The notes beneath the pieces are model-generated. The model had not been told where the DNA came from and did not search any database. It saw only the letters and a list, made by a program, of their open reading frames with translations. The position numbers were made by a program, and so were the translations under genes. From Lama guanicoe (lineage: Eukaryota): a DNA stretch of 64,000 nucleotides. Every line of letters starts with the position of its first letter. Positions within the stretch are counted from its first letter, which is position 1. The DNA lies in the NCBI GenBank assembly GCA_013239625.1, contig MU054323.1:12941950-13005949 (forward strand). Direction: 5' to 3'. Positions 1-13,097 of the stretch are shown in pieces.

Positions 1-1546
1 TTTTAATTATCAGCATTAATGAAAAGTACACTAGTGAAAGGTAGTAATGCATTTTTATATTTATGTTTGAATGTGGGTGTGTGATGCCCTGAGAAGGCAA
101 TGCAAAGAAAGTAATGAAGCCACACTGTCAAGAACGGAATCACAAGGACTGTGAACCTATCCTAAAGTCCACCTCTAAGTCCTGCAACTAATAGTTACAG
201 CAAATAGCGAGCCAGCGAGGGACAAGAAGTCCCTCAAAAGAAGTCACAGAATATTCAGACAATTTAGAAATGGGCTTTGATATCATTGACAAAAGGATAT
301 AGATATCCAGTTTCCTGGGCTGCCTCCCCCTCAACAGCCAAGGCTGAGGTTAAACTCTGTAGAGCTGAAATTTCGTGTAGAAAAGGTTGAGATAATGGCT
401 GATAGACCGGGAGGGATGGTCTAGGATGGCTGGGATTGTGCTGACCCCGTGGTAGGTGGGCTCAGGTGGAGTTCAGTCTGGATGCCTTTGGTCTTTGTGG
501 ATATAGTGCTCTGTGCGGGGAAACCCGTGCTAAGGTATATTATGTACACAGTCATAGCAGGGTGCAATTTAACTTTGAAGAATTTATCTGATCTACTTCA
601 ACTTGCCAACCCTAAACATTTCTGTGAACAGCAGGCTCTGTAACAGTCAAAGCCAAGGTATTTTCTGTGATCACTAAGTGACAGTTAAGCCTGTCAAATA
701 TAAACATGCAGGCTAAAGAAGTACTCTAGGACAAATCTTCATTTTGCATCTTAAAGTTGGTTTTAAACTATTTTGGGTACTGTTTTTCCCCTCATCTGGG
801 CAATACTTGGAGAAAAACAAGTGTCCGTTCTTTTAAGTTTCCCTTCGACTTTAATGAATTATGTGTTCGTGCTGCTACAACATTTTAAGCATATTTGAGT
901 GGATGCTTTCCTTTCCTTTCTAGTGATATTTTAGATTGAGGAAGATGAATCTTAACCTTTTCTGTGTTGCTTTTGTATTCCAGTGCTGTGTCGAAGAAAG
1001 AGCTGAGTTTCTCTGTTATTTCTGTTCTCTTTTTTGTCTTTCTCCCCATCACTTTTCTCTGCCTCGCCCAATTCTGGAAAAGGGAATATAACATTAAAAA
1101 AAAAAATCTTGCATGATTGGTTCCCTATTGGGTTGCTATTTTTAAGAGTAACCATGTGCTTCAGAAAGCTTGGTAAGACACTGCAGTCTCCACATAGTGT
1201 TGGAGAGCCTTTTCTATCAGTGTTGTCATTGTGTACCCATCGTTCTGTCTGGAGGGTATGCATTTACAGTCTCTGCTCTTCTATTTTCTGGGAAAGAGTG
1301 GGCAAAAGTTCTTTCTTTCTTTGCCATCCGGAAACTTTTAAAATAACAGTTGTGCATTTTAACTACAGTCTGCCTGGAGGAAGCATGTCTGTCTTGGATT
1401 TCCTGATGATTTGAAACAGCAGGTTCTCTCTGTCTCTCTCTAATGCCTTTTGGAAATGGGATTGAGGAATAGGACTCATAGAGCGTGTGTTTGTCTGTTT
1501 GCTCTATTTTTTTTGTTTGTTTTTTTGTTTTTCTCTGACGATGAAG

Positions 1547-1598
1547 GAGTGAAAGCAGACTCACGGCTGTTTCTGACGTGTTACTAGGGACTAAGTAG
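1547..1598 (+). other. Candidate 3' splice acceptor / short alternative exon
   Basis: About 50-nt T-rich, AG-free tract (1489-1540) ending in AAG| at 1545-1546. The downstream frames read E*, xVKADSRLFLTCY* or xSESRLTAVSDVLLGTK*. Confidence 0.3.
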
Positions 1599-2711
1599 CC
1601 CCAGCACCACAGCTGTGCTAGTCACTACCTTCCTCTGTTAAGGGACACAGACATCGTAATCCTCTCTATCTCCAGGTTACCCGTGCCCTCTGAAAATGAG
1701 TGTAACATTGTTGATCACCATGCGTCCTTTCAAGGTCTAATTATTACTTTGGAATAGGAATGTCAAACAGAGTTCTCACCAGCCGTGGATGATGTTAAGG
1801 ACTGACAAAACTATTTTGCCAGGCACAAGCAACCTCCACCAACAGATTAGAGTTTGCATTCAGAAAGAAGTGTGTTTTCGATCCCTGTTCTAAGATACAG
1901 GGTACTAAGTAGACTTCAGTTTTTGCGCTGTTTGGTGTAGTTTAAAAATAGGATCTGGTTATTGGTCTGCTTGTAGTGAGCGTAATTTAGAACAACAAAA
2001 ACAAGAACAAATCAGGGGAGAAATATGAGGCATTATGTTTTTACAAAGTTCTTCACTTGTTCTTAAAAAGCATTAGCAGGCTGGGCCTTCTGCTAGGGAG
2101 GGTTATACCTCTTCATAATTCCAAGTTTTAGGAAAATGAGCTCCCCAGAATGCTGGAGGCAGAGTTGTTGGGAACGAGAGACTGACGTCTCCCCCACTCC
2201 TTCCTAATGGATGCCAAATGTGGCTCATGACCCTAGAGTCTGGTGGTGGTCATGTTCCCTAAAGGCAGGCACCTAGGTTGTAGATTTCCCTTCTTCCAGA
2301 AATGGTGATGTAAACCCTGAGTGTGAAAATGCAGTAAGAATTGAGCTGTAAATATCTGGCATGTCACTTCCTTGGCTGGTGTCATTGGCAATCGAGAGTC
2401 CTCATTGGAGACTCAGTCTGAGGGAAGCCATGTTAAGACATGCCGCATCTGTTTTTGCTCTCTTGTGTTCAATTAGGCCTAGTGTCTCTTCGCCTAATTT
2501 CATTAGCTTTGTGTGTGTGTGTGTGTGCACGTGCATGTGTGTCTTCAGAGTCTCTTCCCAACAAGCTGTCACTCACCAAAAATCACCATTTTCCTCAAAA
2601 TTCTCCTTTTAGCAATAAATGATCCTTCTTGCACATAAATTATGTCCCATATACCAAATGAAAATTTTCCCTGTAGAAATATTTCTGAAGTTTGTTACCA
2701 TGAAAGCCTAA

Positions 2712-2969
<258 letters not shown>

Positions 2970-3212
2970 TGAGGGGTGATTTTAGGCTCATGTTGTATTT
3001 TAGATATCCGCCCCCAGGTGATTTGTTGTCCTGGTGAGGGTATCATTGACCCAGTGGCTAAACCACCCTACACATGAGTGACTTAGGAGTCTTTGAAATT
3101 AATATTTATAATCCAACTCTTAATGCTCTCTTTAAGTTAAATTAAAACAGTATTATCACTTTTCCCAAAGTGTGCCTTAGATACCACTGGCAGCTCTTGG
3201 GTAAACGTTTGA

Positions 3213-3470
3213 TTTTTTTTTTAATTGAAATATAGTCAATTTACAATGTTGTGTTGATTTCTGGTGTACAGCAGATTCAGTTACATACACATACGTATGT
3301 CTTCCTCTTCACATCCTTTTTCACTATAGACTATTACAAGGTATTAAATACAGTTCCTTGTGCTATACAGTAGGACCTTGTTGTTTATCTATTTTATATA
3401 TAGTAATTAGTATCCACAAATCCCAAATTCCCAATTTATCCCTCCTCAACCCCTTTCCCCCATAACCATA
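3213..3470 (-). mobile_element. 5'-truncated L1 3' end (cetartiodactyl/camelid-type)
   Basis: Poly(T), then aattgaaatatagtcaatttacaatgttgtg...gttccttgtgctatacagtaggacc. Possible TSD TGATTTT at 3210-3216 and 3471-3477. Confidence 0.9.
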
Positions 3471-5134
3471 TGATTTTAATATATATTTATTTCAGTGCAT
3501 ATCAGAAAAAGTAGAACTTGTACATCAAACCTACAATTTCATGAACGTTATTGCTTATTTTCCATTTAGAGTAGTGTTCTAGTATTTCCTTTAAAAAAGA
3601 CTTTTATTTAAATTAAAAAATTGATTTAGAGACAAATATTAAGGAGGTGGTATATAGATTTGACAAAAATGGGTGACTCTGGCTTAACATCTAAAATATA
3701 TTCTGTGAGTTTACAAATACCAGCCTGTGAACCAGTGCTAGGATTGGGACAACCGACAATCACCAAGTAAGCTTTTTTGAAGACTGGACTCCAGGTCTCT
3801 ACCTGTGACAGATCAGGTCTGGGACGGAGCCTGAGAAATCTGTGGTAAATTTCCCAGCTCACTCTACCATGCAGCCGGGTTTCGAGTATACCTCTGCAAG
3901 CAGAATTTAGAAGACTATAACTTCTAGCACAGTTTATACTTTATTTTCTAATCTTTACTTGCCTTCACTTGGGTTGCAAACTAATTTTAAGTCACTTCTG
4001 AGAGCAAGTGTGTGGCATGCAAAGGTGGCTTCCGGACATGTGTGAAAGCCTTCCCAGAGTGTGCATTTTTTGTTAATGCCTGATGTTTTCAGATCAGAGC
4101 ATCATTTTGCCTCTTTAGATTATTAACTCATTTTTCTGTCCTTATTAATCTGCATGCTGGAACCAGATTTCTTTAATTTACCTAGGGGAACTATATTTCC
4201 TCCCATCTGGGCAGTACAACTTCAGAATTACACGTCTCTCAGAAAGCTGCAAGAGCTCTCTCAAAGAAAGTCAGTGTAGTAAACTTTTTCAGTGATTCTC
4301 CTTCCCACGTTGGGAGCTTAGTTTCCTAGTTTTGGTGAGATCACTAACCTACCCATAATGGTTTATTTCTTCAGGATGTACTTCACAAGTTTCCCTATCT
4401 CTGGACAAAGCTTTTTCTTGTAATGTATTAATTTTACGTGAACCTATACTTATATGACTTAAATAGTCTTACCTATACTGTCCATCCTTTCATATTGTGG
4501 GAGAGTCCCCAACATTGAAAATGAGGCCTCAGAACATCATCTGTGTGTACATTTTGTTCTCATTATATCTCAACTGGATTATCCAAAAATGGGAAAAATT
4601 GCTTCTCAACACCTCTTTTGAAAGCACCTTTTTGCATGTAATATTTCGGAATCTCTGATTTTGTAGTAAATCATATACCTGTTCTACTTTCTGAACAAAT
4701 TGGGTTTGCTGAACAGAACTGCATTCCAAAAGAACACTTTTTTACAACACTTTAAAAGTGAAAATGAATGAAGATAACTGTTAAATAGCAGGCTTGGTTT
4801 GCATGAATTGCTCATTTTTTCTTGGCTGGCCCAGGACCTCGTGGAAACAAACGCCTACGTAGAACCTAGAGACTCACCTAAAGTCATGCCGTCCATGCTT
4901 GGCCAGGACAGAGTGACTGCTCGGCCCTCAGCACCCTGTCATTGTACAGATTTGCTGCAGGGGAGGCATGAGGGCAATGCATGGGGGATTGCAGATGGAA
5001 CAGATTTACCACTCACACCCTATGTGAGCCTCAGCAAGTTATTCCATCTTTCTAAGTCTCAGTTTCTCTCTGCTTCCTCCTTACCTTATAGCAAGTGATA
5101 CAGATTTATGATGATTTGTAATCACTGTAATTCT

Positions 5135-5287
5135 CTTCTGTGTCTGTGTGTCAGGGGTGGTAATTAGGTTTTTATTTACTTATTTATTATTTATTTTAAC
5201 GGAGGTACTGAGAGTTGAACCCAGGACCTCATGCATGCTATATATGCACTCTACCACCAAGCTGTACTCTCCCTCCCCCCCAGCCCC
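5135..5287 (-). mobile_element. tRNA-derived SINE, Vic-1 (camelid) type
   Basis: ggggtggtaattaggttt...ggaggtactgagagttgaacccaggacctcatgcatgc is the reverse complement of a tRNA-like head and tail. TSD GTAATTCT at 5127-5134 and 5288-5295. Confidence 0.9.
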
Positions 5288-5712
5288 GTAATTCTTACTA
5301 AAAATAAAACATGCTGTGTGAGTCCAGGTTACTTTCCTCAAAGGTGTTTTCTCTACTGATCACATCGCAGCAGTTGGTATGTCAATCTGTGTGAAACGCT
5401 GTGCAAGGTGTGGCTACACAGCCGTGTGGCTACACAGCCACGTGACAATGCTTTACAAGATGTTTTTGAAGTTCAGCACTCAGGTGACTGTTTTTTGCTC
5501 CATGAATCACTATGAGAAACTCTAACCTTAGCCCAGTCATGATGCCATCTCCAAAACATCTTCCAGGTTCCCTCTTTAGAAGATCTGTCAGTATCATCTG
5601 TGGTAGTATATAGTCATATTTCAATGGTGAATTTGATTTTTGTGAACAAATCATCTAGTCAGGTCTGATGAAAAAGATATGGTAAGCTGAGTAAATTACA
5701 GTTTTGATTAAT

Positions 5713-5740
5713 ACACACACACACACACACACACACACAC
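5713..5740. repeat. (AC)14 microsatellite
   Basis: Perfect dinucleotide run. Confidence 0.97.
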
Positions 5741-5889
5741 GCCATCGCATAGCTGATTTTCTTGGGCGCCTATGCTGGCTTGGCAGGCAGTTCTTAGAGT
5801 GGCATTCCAGAATGTTTCAGCCATGGTGGCATTATAGAAGTGTTTTGCAATATGCCCCCCCAGCAATTCCTTTTACAGAAGAAGGGAGC

Positions 5890-6683
5890 TTTTTTTTTAA
5901 ATTAAAAAAAAGATGTTATTGAAGTATAGTCAGTTTACAATATTGTGTCAGTTTCTGGTGTACAGCATAGTAGTTCAGTTATACATATACATATATATAT
6001 TCATTTTCATGTTCTTTTTCATTATAGGTTACTACAAGATATTGCATATAGTTCCCTGTCCTATATAGCTTAAACTAGTTGTTTATCTGTTTTGTACATA
6101 GTATCTAGTCATATAGTTTCTAGTTTTATATATAGTATATAGTTAGTGTCTGCAAATCTCAAATTTATTCCTTCCCTCCCCTTCCCACCCACCGGTAACC
6201 AGAAGTTTGTTTTCTATGTCTGTGAGTCTATTTCTATTTTGTAAATAAGTTCATTTGTCTTTTTTTTAGATTCCTCATATAAGTGATAGCATATGGTATT
6301 TTTCTTTCTCTCTCTGGCTTACTTCGCTTAGAATGATGATCTGCAGGTCCATCCATGTTGCTGCAGATGGCATTATTTTAGTCTTTTTTGTGGCTGAATA
6401 GTATTCCATTGTATAAATATTCCACAACTTCTTTATCCAGTCATCTGTCAGTGGACATTTAGTTTGCTTCCATGTCTTGGCTATTGTAAATAATGCTGCT
6501 ATGAACTTGGGGTGCATGTATCTTTTCAAATTAAAGTTCCCTCTGGATATATGACCAGGAGTGGGATTGCTGGATCGTATGGTAAGTCTATTTTTAGTTT
6601 TTTTTGAGGAATCTCCGTACTGTTTTCAATAATGGCTGCACTAAATTACATTCCCACCAACAGTGTAGGAGGGTTCCCTTTTT
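5890..6683 (-). mobile_element. 5'-truncated L1 (ORF2 C-terminus plus 3' UTR)
   Basis: ORF 6275-6529(-) FIAALFTIAKTWKQTKCPLTDDWIKKLWNIYTMEYYSA and ORF 6594-6779(-) [18 protein letters not shown] are L1 ORF2 C-terminal motifs. Diverged TSD gaagggagctttt (5881) and ggagggtgctttt (6684). Confidence 0.95.
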
Positions 6684-7148
6684 GGAGGGTGCTTTTATTT
6701 TATTTTGCTGAGCTTTTTTGCTTTTACTGAAAATTAATAATCTTTGTGACCTGAGTCCTAAGCCATAATTAATTTTCAAATAATTAGCATAAAGGATATG
6801 ATTTATATGAATCGGGATATTTGTTTTGCTTATATATACAACAGATAGATTTGGTTTGTTTGGATGAATAACGTCTGTTTATCTAAAAACCATCTTATGA
6901 CATTGAAACGAATAATCAGTATTCAGGGCAACCATTCTGAAGAACAGAGCTCATTTGAATTTACAAGTTCAGGCATGTTTGATTGTTGCAGCTTATACAT
7001 TTCCAGGATGGTGAACAGAACAAACACCAGTTGCTACTATAATGTTGTGGTATTATTATGCAAAGGGAATTTTAATTCTATATTCTGTATATTATTTTAA
7101 AGAGATTTTCTTTGTTTTGATAGTTCTGCTTTATTCTTTATGTCGCAG

Positions 7149-7271
7149 CAACTTTTTACAGATATGGTAAGTGGAAAAGTTTCCCAGGAGTTAGCTGATG
7201 AAACAGCAGCTATGGATGCCTTAGTAACAGAGCTTCAAGACCTAAGCAACCAGTTTCGCAATCAGTATTGA
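7149..7271 (+). CDS. Candidate alternative terminal coding exon of an unidentified + strand gene ([40 protein letters not shown])
   Basis: Pyrimidine tract and CAG acceptor (ttctgctttattctttatgtcgcag|, AG at 7147-7148), then 40 open codons with helical, acidic, protein-like composition ending at TGA 7269-7271. AATAAA at 7365-7370 and 7441-7446, followed by a pyrimidine-rich stretch. Internal consensus donor ATG|GTAAGT at 7166/7167. No homolog recognised. Confidence 0.45.
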   Translation, partial: QLFTDMVSGKVSQELADETAAMDALVTELQDLSNQFRNQY

Positions 7272-8481
7272 CCATCCTGGGGACGGTTTCTGGAAAAGGT
7301 GCTTCACCTTCTGAAATTTCTCTTATACCTGTGTATCTGAAACACAACATATTGATTTTTTTTAAATAAATTCCTCTTTTATGGCTAACGTTCTTGCTAT
7401 TGTGATTTTTCCAAATGTTTGAACTTTCTGAAATATGTTAAATAAAACGTTCCTTCCCTCTTTCTTTAGGCTAATTACAGTTGAAGTCACTATTTTTATT
7501 ATTTTTGAAATATTTTAGCACAAAGCGCAAAACAAGTTATACTTTTCAGCATGGGGTTTATTCTCTCTCAGCCTAAAATGAATTAGATCATTCTTTGGAA
7601 AAAGTCTAAACAGGAAAAAAAAATCGTACACTACAAGTTTGTGGAATCCTTTGGTTGGCTGATGTATTATCCAAAAAGTGATAAAAGAGCACATTCAGTG
7701 ATGGAAACCTTTACACTTCTTGAGATTTTGTATTTGCATTAGAAAGATACAGGCTTAGCTGAATTAGAACCATGGGTATGGTCTAACTTCTAAATAAGAA
7801 AATGCATGAAAAAACTGATACAACTCAAATTTTGACTGAGCCATTAGCCACTAGGAACCAGGCTGACCCTCCACATTGTATATACTGCCAGCCCTTAAAG
7901 ATGGTTGTTTAATAAGGTTGCTCTGAGTGAAGACAGCTATAAATGGTGCCATATTACAAAAATGCCAAAGTAAAATGTTTTCTTAGTAATGTCTGGAAAC
8001 AAATATTGAAGGCAGCAGCTGAGCTTAATAATCTTACTACAAAAGTCATAGTAAGGAATTTGGTCTTGGCTTGGGTTGCTGAATGTTGGATCCCATGTAT
8101 AAGTCATTTGACCCTTGCTGTTTTCCATGTTCTTATTTATAAAATGTGAATAATCCTATTCCTTGCTGCTTTGTGAGTTTCTACTGCCTTTGGGAATTTA
8201 AAAATACATAATCCACAAATGTAAGTATTCTGAACATTTAAAAATTTTTTAAAAATTTTTCATCAGTGAATTTTGGTTATGAATGCCTGCCAGTGCCTCT
8301 TTTCCTCAACCACCTGCTTCTCTTTTCTAGTGTCATACTAGCCTTTAAAAAACAGTTGATTTATGTCTTAGCAGTTTCTCTTACAGAGACAGTAACTATG
8401 AGAAAGACCAATAAAATGATATCATAGCATGAGTTAACATTAAATGTCCACTGATATCTTTTATGGAAGCCATTGGGGAAT

Positions 8482-8545
8482 AGGTGGGTAGGTAGATGGA
8501 TGGATGGGATGGATGGATGGATGGATGGAGGGAGGGAGGGAGGGA
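8482..8545. repeat. (GGAT)n/(GGGA)n simple repeat
   Basis: ggtaggtagatggatggatgggatggatggatggatggatggagggagggagggaggg. Confidence 0.9.
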
Positions 8546-8964
8546 ACAAAGTTTTAAGATTAACTCTTTTATCAGTACCTAGTTGTGAACCCCAGTAGAT
8601 AACAAACAAATACTGAAAAGAGAAAAGATTTCAGGAATCGAGTAGAAGATTGAAGAAAAATTTCCAAGTTTTAGAAATTTCAAATTCTCAGTTTGTTTTC
8701 CTTTGGGCTCAAGGTAGAAGGACACTGGTGAGTGTGAGTTGTCACAAACCAAGTCACAAAAGGATTATTCCCTTCCAGTCCTGTTCTCTAATGCTATACT
8801 GGACCAAAGTCTCCAGGAAGCTGCCCTACACCTCTGTTTTCTTGAAATGATCTCACAAAAGAGCTATTAGAGGCAGTCTTTTTAATGTCTAGACCTATTA
8901 GTTACATTGTGTAATCTTACTTTGGTGAATGTTTAACATAACTGAAGGAAGTGTGTGGGGAGGT

Positions 8965-9125
8965 ACTACAGTAAAGTAGGAAAAGCTTGGGTTTTGTCAA
9001 AACCTCGTCTCTACCACCTCCTAACACTTAGTACTTAACACTCTGGTGCTTGATTCTTTCATCTGTAGAATGAGTGTTGTGATAATAGTACCTCCCATCA
9101 AATTCTTAGTATCTCTCAAAGCACT
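8965..9125 (+). mobile_element. MIR (degraded)
   Basis: Core-like acttaacactctggtgcttgattctttcatctgtagaatgag...ataatagtacctccc. Confidence 0.6.
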
Positions 9126-10809
9126 TTTACCCAGCTGCAGAGGCAGTAACACAGTATCTGTTAAACAGCTACGTTTCATTTCCCGTAGAGTCTTTGGTGC
9201 TTCGTATTGCTATATTATGATTTAAATATTTGCTATTTCCAAATGCCTTATCTTTTATAAATTTCAACTATGGTTTTTTAGTATTAATACATTTGTTTTC
9301 AGAATTACTTTTTTGCTTTGTCAACTAGAAAAATATAAAAGATGGTATCCTCTAATCTTTATTGAATTCCCAGAGCGTGAATACTACTACTAATTGCTGC
9401 AAGCTGCTGGGCTCTCACCAAGCACCAGGTAGGGTTGTGGTGTCACCAGGAAGCTAACGTTCCCAAGCTCCAGAAAGAGAAACAGTGAGAATTCAAAGAC
9501 TGCTAAAGCCTGCATTGCTTCTCCTTGCTATGTGGGGACTAGAAAAAGCTTCCAATGGTGAGCTGATTTCGATCTTCTCTTCCTAACAGTGGGACGCCTG
9601 GGAAGTTTGCCTGTCATTGTTTATAAAGTTTTTCAAGGAGAGAAGTTCTGTGAGGTCTCAGTTAACAATTGTCTGTGATCTGTTAAGATGATTTAGGATA
9701 ATTTTGTCTTAAAATTTTTATGAAGTCTTTGCCTTTTTCCAAAGAAGCAGTATAGTAAACAGGGACCTTAACTGCAGAGGAGTTAAAATAAACCCCAGTG
9801 GAATAAGAAATCTCTTCTTTACACCCAAACCCAAAGTTCAGGAAGCTTAGAGAGTTGGCACTGAGTCTGGGAAACAGAGCCATGGGGTGTGTGTTGAGGA
9901 GTGGTGAGTAGAGTGGTGAGGTTCAGAACTGCAGAATCCCGGAATGGACTTTGAGGTTCGCACGTAGGGGTGGAGAGCTTGGCCTTACCTCCAATGGAGC
10001 CTCCGTACAGTAATGAGGACCCCTAACATTGAAAGCATTGATGTATTTAATTATGTATCAAGGCTATTTTTTCTCTTCATGCTGTGCTTATTTCTGCTGG
10101 ACATCTCCTAGTGTGCTTTCATAAGCATAAACGTAAAGAAGTGATACCGAGTATGTGTTGTAAATCCACCTACTTTCCAGACTGTGACGTAAGCAGAGGT
10201 CTGGCCAGTTTGGGCTATTTGTGACCATTTCTCCAAATTATGGTAAGTCTGCTAGGTTAAAACCCTGGGTGAGTCTGATGAAAAGTATTCTTTTTCCCCC
10301 ATTTCTGTTTGTATAACATCCACATTAACCTAAATCACTGTTTAGATAAGGTAACTACTTTACTGGCCAAGAGTGAGGAATAAAACCTGTTAGGTGGATG
10401 CAGCACACTTCCTTTCTCCCTGTTCATTCAACAGGCTCTATAGTGAAATGGCAAAGAGCCTTTATTCAAATGGTGGGCGCCATGCTGTGGTGATACAGAT
10501 GAATTTTTCACAACGTGCAGAAGTGCTTATAAATAGATAGGTTTCAATCAACAAGCTTATTCAGGCATGTGCTCAAATATAGTAGCTGCATTCATTAGAT
10601 AGACATTTCCACTAATCCCAAGACTATGCTAATAAAAGAGTAATCCCTTATGGGCTGAAGGTAGCGCTGGCTTGCTTTTAACTCTTACAGAGTCTTTCAC
10701 AGACCAAGGTCTAATAATAATTGTAGCTGCATTAGGTTTTCACCACATGGACTATAAAAGCTGAGCTTATCTTGACACTTTTTTCTTTTCTTATTTTTTT
10801 AAATTGCAG

Positions 10810-10842
10810 TTGCTTGGTGGACAAAGAGGTACTTTTTCCTAA
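10810..10842 (+). other. Candidate 3' splice acceptor / short exon (phase 0 reads LLGGQRGTFS*)
   Basis: Branch-like CTTGAC at 10771-10776, T-tract 10779-10800, TTGCAG| at 10804-10809. Weak donor AG|GTACTT at 10828/10829, or TAA at 10840-10842. Confidence 0.3.
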
Positions 10843-12019
10843 GGATATACAGCTCTCAACGAAGCCAATTTAGAAACCAGTTGTGTGTGCGTTTGTGTAT
10901 GTGTTCTCATGACTTTATTATAAAGCACCTACTTCTTCACCCTGGTTAAGAATGTGGTTAATAAGGAGTTCACTTGAGCAGATTTTGTTTTTTCCCTTTG
11001 ACTTGGGGATAAATAACAAGTTAATGTCAATTCTGAGGAGATTTGCAAACTCTTAGTAGAGTAGTTGGGCTTCTCTGTGGACCTCTCCTTCCCTGGGCTT
11101 GGCCTTGTTCAGCGAGGCCTTCTCTCCTCCCGTGCTGTCAGAGCTGGCTGTAATTAGCTCACTTGGTACAACACTCAAATTCTTCCCTTGCCAGTGATGT
11201 CAGATCTACCTCCCTTTTTATTATGCTGACTTCTTATAAACCACAGTGACCTATGAGTCAACCACACCATCTCTTGGCCCTGTGCCAACATTGTGATCTA
11301 CGAAAAGGGACTCCTGCCAAGGACTGTGAGGCAGAGGTGGATAGTAGGAAAGTGGTCTTCTGAACAGTAAGTGTCAGCCATTTTGGAATCTTTTTTGTGG
11401 TATTATTGCCAGGAAGGGGGGCGGGGAGGTAAATCATATTAATGTTGTTAAGGAGCTAACCCTTTGCATTGCTAACTTTTTCCAGACTGAGGGCTCAAAT
11501 AAACATCAGTCTCAGTAGGCAAACAGACATTAATACACACTGCTGCTCACAGACAGAGAAGTGCTTCTTGAAGGCTCCATGACTTGAGGAAGTCCTTAAC
11601 CTTTCTGTGGCCCGTCAGTGATCCATACGACGAAGATGCTATATAACAAGATCGGGAAGATGCACATAGAAGTGCTTTGAAAATAAAAAAAGTTTAACAG
11701 AAATATGAGTAAGAGTGTCTTAGAAACCCTTTGATAATAAGCATTGATAAAACCACTTCTGCTCCTCAGTTGGGAGCTTAATGACATCTAGTACTGCTGG
11801 ACCTCGATGCCCAAGTGTCGTGATTCTCAGCATTTTTATTCTGCTGCAACTTTCCCACATTTCTGGGCTGCAAGTGTGGATAGCAGAAGGAAAGAATGTG
11901 ATGGATTTTTATGAAGTGAAGGAGAAACAAAACCAAGTTCCTATTGTGAGGATTTCTTGGGTTGGTGTTGGGCAAGAGTAGGCAGAACAAATGGGGAATT
12001 GACTGCCTAGGATTAACTC

Positions 12020-12210
12020 AGGGTTAGAAGACCTGGAATTAAGTCCCAGCTGCATCACTTCCTAGCTGTGACCACACCTGAGCACCTGAATCTCTTTGGG
12101 CTTCAGTTTCCTTAGCAAATAGCCATCCTATAGGCCAGACAGAATTGCTGTAGGAGTCACATCAGATGATGTGTGCAAAGTATTTTGTGAGCAACTGAGC
12201 ACAATTAGTT
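12020..12210 (+). mobile_element. MIR
   Basis: agaagacctggaattaagtcccagctgcatcacttcctagctgtgacc...tctctttgggcttcagtttcct. Confidence 0.75.
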
Positions 12211-12924
12211 CTTGTTATGATCAAGAGAAAGGGGCATTGTGGATGGTCTTTCGAGTCCCAGGGACTAGTGGAGTCCCTGGATGGGGGCATGCAGCAACTT
12301 GGCTCCGGTTTCTGTAATCCTTGTAGGGGTCATGACCCTGGGGCTTGAGAAACAATGCTGCAGAAATTTTTCCGGTCTTCTATGTGCCCTTCATCACTCT
12401 ACTTACTGAAATCAGTTTGACCTGTAAGATGTCTGGTGCCAGGGCTGATAAAAGCTGTCTTGGTATTTTTACAGCCGTCTGCCCAGAAAACCTTCTCGTG
12501 CCCTCAACAGTTCTTTTTCACAGAAAATATGTATCAGTAGCAGAACTAGAGTGTGCTTCACATGCTCAGTTGCCTCCCCTGACCATACCCAGTAGGATAC
12601 AAGCTTATTTATTTTGAGGGGCATAGGTATGTCCTGATTAATGTTCACCTTCCCCCTTTAATAAATTACGTAAGTGTTCCATTCCATGTTCATTGTCAAA
12701 AAATTAACAAATACAAATAAGCTAGAAGAAAAACAGTAAATCACCCCAGATCCCACCCATGTAGGAGATAACCACGTTAACATTTTTCTGCATATTCTTT
12801 TAGGCTTTTTCTTACATAAATATACACATACACATATGAGAGGAAAAGAGAGAGAGACTTTTTAAAAGAATTTAATTTACTAAGCTTTAAAATTAAACAC
12901 ATGAAAGTAGGCCTACCTTTAACC

Positions 12925-13085
12925 TGGTGGGGCTTCAAGCCAGAGTACAAATGGAGGCCCACGTACCATGTGTCTAAATTATTTAAAAGTTATAAATCAA
13001 GCTAAGAAACTGTTTAATAAAATTTCTTTTATGTTTTGATCTTGATAAATATTCCTTTATACTGGTATGGAAGGAAGTTTTAATA
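12925..13085 (+). mobile_element. hAT-Tip100 DNA transposon fragment (MER115/Zaphod-like)
   Basis: agagtacaaatggaggcccacgtaccatgtgtctaaattatttaaaagttataaatcaagctaagaaactg matches my recall of this family. Confidence 0.6.
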
Positions 13086-13097
13086 CTTAATATCAAA

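Noticed and set aside
6275..6779. Protein-like ORFs (also 13234-13783)
   Set aside because: Frameshifted L1 ORF2 C-terminal fragments, not host genes.
10181..10242. Possible exon ttccag|ACTGTGAC|gtaagc (8 nt) or 62 nt to ATG|gtaagt
   Set aside because: Short pyrimidine tract, the 62-nt form has stops in all three frames, and neither length is frame-preserving. It cannot be told apart from chance.
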